From IMG/VR virus record IMGVR_UViG_3300023440_000001, positions 1 to 64,000 of that record: a stretch of 64,000 nt of DNA. One strand, written 5' to 3'. Positions 47,877 through 55,376 of the stretch are shown piece by piece (the stretch's first letter is position 1; every line of letters starts with the position of its first letter). The position numbers were made by a program, and so were the translations under genes. This stretch comes from a virus. The notes below the pieces were generated by a model. That model made no database searches, had not been told where the DNA came from, and saw nothing but the letters and a program-made list of their open reading frames with translations.

Positions 47877-49358
47877 ATGAAAGACAACAAACAACTGATC
47901 GCACCGGATATCGTATCCTTTACCCACTATCCATTTGGGTTCTTGAAGACACCCGAGAATCGTCCCCATCATATTATTGATATTCGTGGGCGTATTACCT
48001 ATGATGGAAAGGTAAACGAATATCGCTGGGTTGTTAAGGGAGATAAAGTTGCCGGACTCCCGGTTGGTTCTGAAAATGACCTGGAAGCATTCGTCCATAT
48101 TGAGCAAGCCCGCAGTGCCAGCACCGATAGTTTCGAAGTCAGCAAACAGCACATACTCCACCAACTTGGCTATCCAAATAACGGAAAGTACCATCTCATC
48201 ATTAACAATGCTATTACCAAGTTTCGAAAACTGAACATAACCGCATTCAACTGTCTGATGGATCCTAAACGGGGTAAGTTCTATAAGGCACTGACTTTCC
48301 CATTCTTTGATTCAGTTGGCATTCTGGGCCGTGGAGATGCTGTCAACGAGATCGATATGAGCATTGATGCCGAGCAGGTACTGGAGCAACTGTCTTCCAT
48401 GCGGCACGTTGCCTTTGTCTTTACCCTATCAAAGCCACTTCGAAGGCTGTTGGATTCTTCAAACGCCATCCCGCTGGATTGGGATATCTATGTAAGTCTG
48501 CCCGAGATTAAAAGCCGCATGTTATACCGTACTGTGAATAAGTTGAGTCATTTTAACATTGACTATATTGAACTTCGGGAAATGGGGAAGCTGCTTTCTT
48601 TGGCCTTTTATCGTAACTCTCGTATTCGAGCATCGCTGGAGAAACCCCTGGACGTACTGAAACAGGCTGGTGTCATTCATGACTATCGATTTACCGAAGA
48701 CAATGGTATCCATTTTAAGTTTAACCCCATTCGGACACAGGTTAAATCCAGCGACAGTACCCGTAAGCACCCACTTTATGAATATCTTGTCAACAAAACC
48801 AATGTGAATCCGCGCTCGGCTCGAGACTGCGTGGAGAGCTTATATTGGCGTGAGGAAGACAAAAGATGGGTCATTCGTTTCTATGAATCTCATAAGAAAC
48901 AACGTGGCTGGAATGACGGGATGCTGGTATTACTACTGAAGGGAGACCAGGAAAAGGTAAAGGATGAACTTCTGGAAGCTCGTCAATGGATCGATCAGAT
49001 GAAAGCGCAGACCAAATCAAAGGAAAGTGAACAGGAAGCCCGGGAGTATTCGAACAAACTTGATGAAATGCTGGTCAAAGCAGTTACTGAGCTTACAGAA
49101 GATGAGCTGAAAGCCCTCTACGAGTGGTCTGTTGAGAATCTTGATAACTTCAGTGTCGAACACCTGAGAAAGAATATGGCTGCAGTAAACAGTGTTCGAG
49201 AGTTGCTCGCATCACCCATCTGCAAAGGATACTTCATAAAGGCATTTCAGGAAGTATATCCGGAAAGGTTCAGAGAGATGCAAAACGCAGCCAGGAATGG
49301 CAAACGAAAGGGTAGGGAAGTGGTCAGAAATGCTATACAGCGTTCCTTATTCGAATAA
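47877..49358 (+). CDS. Plasmid-type replication initiator (RepA-like, winged helix)
   Basis: YPF..GLP..D..LGY..GKY..SRMLYR pattern resembling RepA initiators; next to iterons and parA. Confidence 0.7.
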   Translation: MKDNKQLIAPDIVSFTHYPFGFLKTPENRPHHIIDIRGRITYDGKVNEYRWVVKGDKVAGLPVGSENDLEAFVHIEQARSASTDSFEVSKQHILHQLGYPNNGKYHLIINNAITKFRKLNITAFNCLMDPKRGKFYKALTFPFFDSVGILGRGDAVNEIDMSIDAEQVLEQLSSMRHVAFVFTLSKPLRRLLDSSNAIPLDWDIYVSLPEIKSRMLYRTVNKLSHFNIDYIELREMGKLLSLAFYRNSRIRASLEKPLDVLKQAGVIHDYRFTEDNGIHFKFNPIRTQVKSSDSTRKHPLYEYLVNKTNVNPRSARDCVESLYWREEDKRWVIRFYESHKKQRGWNDGMLVLLLKGDQEKVKDELLEARQWIDQMKAQTKSKESEQEAREYSNKLDEMLVKAVTELTEDELKALYEWSVENLDNFSVEHLRKNMAAVNSVRELLASPICKGYFIKAFQEVYPERFREMQNAARNGKRKGREVVRNAIQRSLFE

Positions 49359-49529
49359 GTCTATGTACCGGTCTGCTTGATAGTAACGATCCGCATTGTC
49401 TTCGTTCTTCTCCAGAGCTGTGATCAGTCGAAAGGCAATGTGCCTTTCTTCTTTTCGGAGTATTCCCACCATTTTGTTCTTTACCGATAGCAAGTATGAT
49501 AACTCCTTTATAATATCAGTGTTATTCAT
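49347..49529 (-). CDS. Small hypothetical protein
   Basis: AGGAGG RBS. Confidence 0.5.
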   Translation of the reverse strand: MNNTDIIKELSYLLSVKNKMVGILRKEERHIAFRLITALEKNEDNADRYYQADRYIDLFE

Positions 49530-49538
49530 AACACCTCC

Positions 49539-50504
49539 TTAAAATGGCAACTCTACATCTTTATCATCTATTATTACTTCATCCAGTTTATCCAGCACCT
49601 CATCGGTGGAAGGCTCCTTCTTCTGGCGCTTTCCCAGAACCAGTGTTTCCCAGACCCGCCGATCTGTCTCTTCCCGCTTTCCCCAGCACAGATTCTTAAA
49701 CTCACACCAGTAACATTCCTGACTATTCTGTTCGACCTTCGGAAAGTCACCATTAACCGTATATTTGGTTATGGCTTCAGCTGCTTCAACAACCGTATCG
49801 TTTAGTCTGTCGAAGTGCTCTTTCTTCCGGGTAGCGGTAAAGGTTCTGGCAACAGGCCAGAGTTTCTCCACGACAACAGGTCGTCCGTTCCGATCCCGCT
49901 TGATTCGACCATGCTTATCCTTCACTTCTTTGCGTCGCAACTCAAACCAGTGCAGGTTAAAACCCACCTTCTTCTTCCCCGTGGCAAAAGCATACAAGGT
50001 CAGCTGCATATCTTCATCCGGATCATAGTTCTTTAATGGGTTCTTTGCCGAGAACTTGAACTTGTGATCCAGAATGTACTCGGATGTCTCCAGGTCCACG
50101 TATCCCAGTATGGGCACACCATCAAACTCCAGGCGAATCTCCATTTCAGTGCTGATGGGATCTACAGAGCCTGCCAGATGTTTCATATGAGCCGCCAGCA
50201 TGGCACGTCCCATAGCAACAAACTCTTCTTCGCTCTTGTTTACCCAGTTATCAATCCGGTGTTTGTTTCTGGCAAACTCTTCCTGGAATACCCGTAACAC
50301 TTCATTCAGCGGCAGGTCTTCACCCGTCTCTATCTTGTGGATATAGTTCTTCTCCAGCGCCGTATGTGTTGCCCCGCCAGCAACCAGATAGGGGGTGATA
50401 GAGCCCAGTCCTTCAACATAGTTGAAGTAATACTTCCGTGGACAGGCCTTCAGCAGCTTAATCTGCGATATCGATAAATGTGGCTTTGGTAATATATAAT
50501 CCAT
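49539..50504 (-). CDS. PD-(D/E)XK nuclease (RecB/AddB/Cas4-like)
   Basis: LSISQI..CPRKYY, GYVD, DHK, QLTLY, CYWCEFKNLC. Confidence 0.85.
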   Translation of the reverse strand: MDYILPKPHLSISQIKLLKACPRKYYFNYVEGLGSITPYLVAGGATHTALEKNYIHKIETGEDLPLNEVLRVFQEEFARNKHRIDNWVNKSEEEFVAMGRAMLAAHMKHLAGSVDPISTEMEIRLEFDGVPILGYVDLETSEYILDHKFKFSAKNPLKNYDPDEDMQLTLYAFATGKKKVGFNLHWFELRRKEVKDKHGRIKRDRNGRPVVVEKLWPVARTFTATRKKEHFDRLNDTVVEAAEAITKYTVNGDFPKVEQNSQECYWCEFKNLCWGKREETDRRVWETLVLGKRQKKEPSTDEVLDKLDEVIIDDKDVELPF

Positions 50505-50506
50505 CC

Positions 50507-50782
50507 CTAGTTCTTCCTATCCGAACGTGTCATGAAAGACAGCGTCTTCTGCATGACCAGAATATCGAAGCGATCATCCTGGCCGCTTACCCATTTCAGG
50601 CAGGAGATATACCCCTGCAGAAGAAACATGTTCATGGTCATCTCGTATGACGGCCGTGACATGCGCATCTTGCTGTTCAACTCACCCAGCAGTTTCTCCA
50701 GTACTGCCAGTTTCTGCTCAATCTCTTGAGGGCTTCGAGTCACTTTTGTCCCCTTCGCTCTTTTTACTAACATAAAGTGCAA
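50507..50782 (-). CDS. Hypothetical protein
   Basis: ORF abutting the nuclease gene; start uncertain. Confidence 0.45.
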   Translation of the reverse strand: MHFMLVKRAKGTKVTRSPQEIEQKLAVLEKLLGELNSKMRMSRPSYEMTMNMFLLQGYISCLKWVSGQDDRFDILVMQKTLSFMTRSDRKN

Positions 50783-50796
50783 ATTCTGTACCTATC

Positions 50797-50827
50797 GTGT
50801 AAGTGTATGGTATTACTACACTTACAC
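50797..50827. repeat. Perfect 11-bp inverted repeat
   Basis: GTGTAAGTGTA-N9-TACACTTACAC, intergenic. Confidence 0.6.
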
Positions 50828-50879
50828 CCGACAAGTGGCAAAGCCCTCATTTCAGGCCCTTTTGGACGTATTGTCCAAA

Positions 50880-51059
50880 TTAGCGAATGTCTCTACCAAG
50901 ATACTCGATCTGCTTGACTTTCCATCTCGAATCCGAAGCTCGATATGCTCGGTAAGCATTAGCGATAGCACTGTTTTCGTCTTCTCCGAGTACCACAACA
51001 GAGACTTCATCGCCCTTATCAGTTAAAAAGGTCACCTTGTAGTGGCTCAATTCCGACAT
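50880..51059 (-). CDS. Small hypothetical protein
   Basis: MSELSHY...; GAGGGG upstream; motif at 51116. Confidence 0.5.
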   Translation of the reverse strand: MSELSHYKVTFLTDKGDEVSVVVLGEDENSAIANAYRAYRASDSRWKVKQIEYLGRDIR

Positions 51060-51163
51060 TGATCCAGAGCCCCTCACAAATGATTAAACGGACCCCTCCA
51101 GAGGGGGTCTCATAGTAGGTATGTCAATCGAAGGGTGCCTGGAAGGCCTGTGTGGAAAGGTTT

Positions 51164-51772
51164 TTACACTCCGTGTCTGCGGCGTATCCGTCCCACGGTG
51201 GTGTGGCTACATTTCAGCTTGCGGGCAATCTTGCGGTTGGACCAATCCGGATGGGCTTTGGCCAGTTCAATGATCTTCTGTTCCAGTTGTTCACGTGGTG
51301 GAACGACAGTTTCCACTTCCATGTCCACTTCGTTGGACTCGATGGAACGTACCGTTCCGGTTAGCCACCCAAACAGCACCAGCATGGACGGAATCAGCAC
51401 GCCGACCACCGTACCGATAACCCGGGGGAACAAGCCATCAGGTGCATATATGATCATGTAATAGACATTCAGCGCCACACTGACGATACTGGAGAGTATC
51501 AAGATAAGCTTGGCAGAAGTCGAACGAACTCCCAGACGCTGGGCATATACGGTATACTGCACCGAATAATAGATACTCAGATCCAGTGCCAGAACGAGCA
51601 TCACATTGCTCAGTGTGGAGAGATTTACCCCGAACAGTATCAGTCGGGCATCGAAGTGGCGAAGGGTGGCAAAGTTGTGTTCGAAGGTGGCCATGATATA
51701 GAACAGTGGCAATAGTTTCAGCCAAAAGCTATTAAAGCGTTCGAAGCGTTCAGCAATAGATTTCATCACCAC
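51164..51772 (-). CDS. Multi-pass membrane protein with a C-terminal HTH
   Basis: Four hydrophobic helices, then PDWSNRKIARKLKCSHTTVGRIR. Confidence 0.7.
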   Translation of the reverse strand: MVMKSIAERFERFNSFWLKLLPLFYIMATFEHNFATLRHFDARLILFGVNLSTLSNVMLVLALDLSIYYSVQYTVYAQRLGVRSTSAKLILILSSIVSVALNVYYMIIYAPDGLFPRVIGTVVGVLIPSMLVLFGWLTGTVRSIESNEVDMEVETVVPPREQLEQKIIELAKAHPDWSNRKIARKLKCSHTTVGRIRRRHGV

Positions 51773-52152
51773 TTCCTTCCATCAATCATCACCTTCAGGT
51801 TTTCCAGATACCAGATACCCTCTTCCATGGATTCAAAGACCACATCAGCAGCGGCCACCGGCATGCGAAAGTACTTCCTGGGTTCCGGCAATACCAGCAC
51901 GACCGGCTTCCCCAGGGCGCGGGCGTAACCGATTTCAAATGCCAGGTCATAGCCGCCGGGGTTGTCTTTCTCCAGATAAGCAAACAGCACATCAGTTGCT
52001 TCAATTCCGGCAATGTCGACGGGAGTGAACTGGTCTTGATCGGTGAGATTGTGATTGCGGGGATCAATCCAGACAACGCCTTCCAGAGACAGGCGCTTCT
52101 TAATGCGATCCTGCCAGCCACTCTTTAGACCGCCGGCTAGATAGACTTTCAT
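51766..52152 (-). CDS. Nucleoside 2-deoxyribosyltransferase-like protein
   Basis: VYLAG, D..GI..TDV, FEIGYARALGKPV. Confidence 0.8.
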   Translation of the reverse strand: MKVYLAGGLKSGWQDRIKKRLSLEGVVWIDPRNHNLTDQDQFTPVDIAGIEATDVLFAYLEKDNPGGYDLAFEIGYARALGKPVVLVLPEPRKYFRMPVAAADVVFESMEEGIWYLENLKVMIDGRKW

Positions 52153-52486
52153 CTACGCACCTCCATCTGTTTGTTTAATGCTCGTCTTCACGAATTAGGT
52201 ATGTCAATGATGAGCAGCTGAGATAGGGAGTGGGGGAGGATTTTGAACCAACCAGGTTGCCACAGCGATACGAAAACGTTATAGAATTAATACCCGGGGA
52301 TACCACTGCCAAAGTCAGGTGTGTAGAATGGGCACAAAATGCGTAGACTGACAGTCAACAGATAAGTAGTTGTATTTGATGGATATATGTAATTTCAGTA
52401 CCTGTGTTCGATACCATTCACTATTACACGATTCTTCGACATACCAGCAGTTGAGTGTCTTTGACATGGTAATAAGTGGGTCCTAA

Positions 52487-52800
52487 TGCGTTCCATCCCG
52501 TCCCCGAATCAATGGGACAAATGGAAAAACGCAGATACCGAATCAGAGCCAGACATCCTGATCGGTGAGAGTACTCACAACGGGCGAGGGGGCAACGGTA
52601 CGCGGGACGACCCCCGAAAAGCCGACAGAGCGATGAGGAACCGCTCGAACAGTCCGGGAGAAGCCGGGCCCCGTTCGCGGGGTGGTGCTGGCATCATTCC
52701 TCTATTGACCAGCACGCGGGTACGGAGTCTCCGGTGAGTGCTCGCCTCCCTTACGGGAGCGCCAGGGCCGGCTCTACAGAGAGTCGGTTTATATACCCGT
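52487..52800 (+). ncRNA. Candidate large structured non-coding RNA
   Basis: Multiple hairpins and long-range complementarities with G-U pairs favouring the + strand; family unidentified. Confidence 0.45.
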
Positions 52801-52861
52801 GGTACACCCTGTTCAAAACGTCTGCACTTATTGATAAGTGTGTGCACTTTGAACGGATGGA

Positions 52862-53719
52862 TTATGGTTTAAGTATGACAAATCGCCCACGATGCTGTTG
52901 ATTGTCTGCTCTTACCTGATAGAAGTAAGTCCCCGCCGGTAGACTACGCATATCCAGTTGCCGAATATGTCGCCCGGGGCCCAGCCTGCCGTATTCCCGG
53001 TGAAGAACTTCCCGACCCAACACATCATAAACTGATAATGCCACGTTGACTGCTTCCGGTATGGATAGCAGCACTGTGCCAATGGAAGTTACCGGATTGG
53101 GGTAGATAGCAATCATAAATCCCTTCGGTGGCGCCGGTGGTGTATTATCAACGACTGTCGGCGCTTCGATATTAAAGCGAACATGAGTGCTGTCCCACAA
53201 ACCCATCGTATCTGTTACAATCATCACAAACCCAGCCGGACCATAGTAATCCCCCGGATCCGGCTCCACATATAACACTCCCACCGAATCATATACCCGC
53301 ACATGATCCAAATCCTTATATAATAACACCAGCTGACCAATCGTATTATCCGGATCATACAGTATTGAATCCAGGACGGCTGAATACACCTGACCAAAGG
53401 GCAGGGTGGTTATGCTCAGCTGAACATCCGGAACACCAGCTGACACCGTATCAGAGGGGTCCGACTCATTGCCGGCACTATCCACAGCCGTCAGATAATA
53501 CACATAGAGATTCCCCGGCTGCACATCTTTATCCACCGCATGTGTATCCGGATGGGCAATCGTCTGATAGTGTGAAAACACCATCTCATTAACCGCCCGA
53601 TACAATCGATAGGAGTGCATATCCGGCTCCTTATTAGGACTCCAGTAGATGTTCAGTGAATCGGTCTGCGCATAGCCCAGAGACAGTCCGATCAGCAGCA
53701 TCATAATCCAGCGCATCAT
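52862..53719 (-). CDS. Secreted FN3-domain protein with a T9SS (Por) C-terminal sorting domain
   Basis: Signal peptide MMRWIMMLLIGLSLGYA (AGGAGG RBS), YYLTAVDSAGNES, C-terminal YPNP..VYDVLGREV..LPAGTYFY. Confidence 0.8.
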   Translation of the reverse strand: MMRWIMMLLIGLSLGYAQTDSLNIYWSPNKEPDMHSYRLYRAVNEMVFSHYQTIAHPDTHAVDKDVQPGNLYVYYLTAVDSAGNESDPSDTVSAGVPDVQLSITTLPFGQVYSAVLDSILYDPDNTIGQLVLLYKDLDHVRVYDSVGVLYVEPDPGDYYGPAGFVMIVTDTMGLWDSTHVRFNIEAPTVVDNTPPAPPKGFMIAIYPNPVTSIGTVLLSIPEAVNVALSVYDVLGREVLHREYGRLGPGRHIRQLDMRSLPAGTYFYQVRADNQQHRGRFVILKP

Positions 53720-54021
53720 GTAACCTCCTGTTTTCTCTAGATATGTCACAGATGCGCCTATATAGGGACCCAAATTCACTTCTCTCATATTTCAGACAAC
53801 GCAATGGCAAACGAATCCCGGCTCCCGAAAACGTGCCCCCCGGGTCTTACCATCGAACTTTGCGAACTACTGAATACAGCTGAAGTAGAGGAGTGGTAAG
53901 GACTTACGCCATCGAACTTGTGGAGCAGGTTCGGTAATACTCCCCTGGTATTAACTCTGTAAGGTATTCACACCAACCCACTGGTACTGATATCCCCGGG
54001 TATTGACTCTGTATCCTATTC

Positions 54022-54070
54022 GCGATCCACTAACGCCACTTTTCGTCGAAAGGTGCCATTAGTGGATCGC
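54022..54070. repeat. Long hairpin in the divergent intergenic region
   Basis: GCGATCCACTAA..CACTTTTCG/CGAAAGGTG..TTAGTGGATCGC. Confidence 0.6.
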
Positions 54071-54324
54071 TGATAGATGAGTGCGGCCTTAATAGGGGTG
54101 TGAAAAGCGGTGCGGTGAGGGAAGAGGTGCGCTTAATAGGGCCTTCAAAAGTTGTGCGGCGAGGGGAGTAGTAGGTAGTGAAATGATATAGGACCCGTGG
54201 AGCTCGGCGTTTCGAGCCCCCCGGGTTCTTTTGTTTGTACCCTACCTGAGAATACGAGTCCGCTCCGGTAGGGGTGTAGGTAAAAGGGACTCATCAACGT
54301 GCCAAAACAAAAGGAGGAACAGTT

Positions 54325-55278
54325 ATGGCACGATTAAGTGAGTTAGTTAGTAGCAGATCATTAAAAGCCCTGCAAAAGATGCAGGGTAAAATCCAAGAGG
54401 GGCGTCATCTCTCCGAGCTGGAGAGACATGGCTCCTACTGGAGAACAACAAAGGGCCGCAAAGAGGCAGAAGACGCGGCCTGGAAGTACTGGAGCCAGGA
54501 CCCGCTCCTAACAACGGATTGGGTCATGCGCAAGCATGACAAGCTGCAAGAACGCCGTGGTAGAAAGCGGTCTGAATGGGTCCAGCTTGCTCAGGCTGAA
54601 CCGCAGCTGAGGCAGGCTGAATCTCAGCTGGATCAGGCCGCTGAGCGCCTGGAGGAGTCCAAATCGGATCCAGTCTATCGCCATCGCCGGCCTCGTCATC
54701 GACGCTGGAAACAGCTCTACGCAGAGCTGTTGAAAGCCCAGGCCAAGTATAACGAGACCTGGCAGCGATACATGGATGCTCTAGAGAGAATGGAACGTCT
54801 GGAGCAATCCATAAGAGACATAGACCGCAACGCTGACAAGTTGCAGCGTAGGGTTAGTAAGCTGCAGCATAAGCTTGCGGTAATATTCGCCTGGGCCAGC
54901 TCTGAAGCGGTTGCCCAACGCAATAGGGCCACTTCTAAAGCAGCCGTTAAGACTGCTAGGGCTGCCACCAAGGCTGCAAAAGCTTCCACTAAGCCTACTC
55001 CTACTACTACTACTACTACTACTACTGCCCCTGCTGTTACTCAGGAAGCTGTGGCAGTGAAGAAACAGTCTTTTAAGTTACCGAAGTTTGAGACTGCTGG
55101 GATTGTTTCCAGGAAAGTCTCTTCGGTAATCAAGAAACGCATTATTTGGGTACTCGACGGTTTAAGAGTGCTCAAATATCGCAATAAAGACAACAAGAAA
55201 GTCATGGAACTGCTCGCAACATATACTTACAGCTCCATGGCTGAGGCTCGCCGAGCACTCAGTGTAGCTATGGCCTAG
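54325..55278 (+). CDS. Basic coiled-coil protein with a poly-Thr linker; first gene of the + strand arm
   Basis: AAAGGAGG RBS; (ACT)n tract at ~55002-55026. Confidence 0.7.
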   Translation: MARLSELVSSRSLKALQKMQGKIQEGRHLSELERHGSYWRTTKGRKEAEDAAWKYWSQDPLLTTDWVMRKHDKLQERRGRKRSEWVQLAQAEPQLRQAESQLDQAAERLEESKSDPVYRHRRPRHRRWKQLYAELLKAQAKYNETWQRYMDALERMERLEQSIRDIDRNADKLQRRVSKLQHKLAVIFAWASSEAVAQRNRATSKAAVKTARAATKAAKASTKPTPTTTTTTTTAPAVTQEAVAVKKQSFKLPKFETAGIVSRKVSSVIKKRIIWVLDGLRVLKYRNKDNKKVMELLATYTYSSMAEARRALSVAMA

Positions 55279-55376
55279 CAGAGATGAGCAAACAACTAAA
55301 CAACGCCTTGCCCATGGGACGTGACCCCATGAACAAGGCAAAACCACAAACACAAACATCCAGAAAGGAGGATATC

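Noticed and set aside
42700-49400. Integrated prophage boundary or host chromosome segment
   Set aside because: No integrase, att-like site or housekeeping genes seen; the promoter motif occurs on both sides, tying the region into one element.
49539-50504. Cas4-like nuclease plus Csx3 as a CRISPR-Cas locus
   Set aside because: They are 11 kb apart with no cas1, cas10 or array; such nucleases are common in phages.
52487-52800. RNase P RNA, tmRNA or group I intron identity
   Set aside because: Only fragmentary resemblance (GAACAGTCCGGG, ACAGA..CGGTTTA); the required pairings and order do not match, so it is left unassigned.
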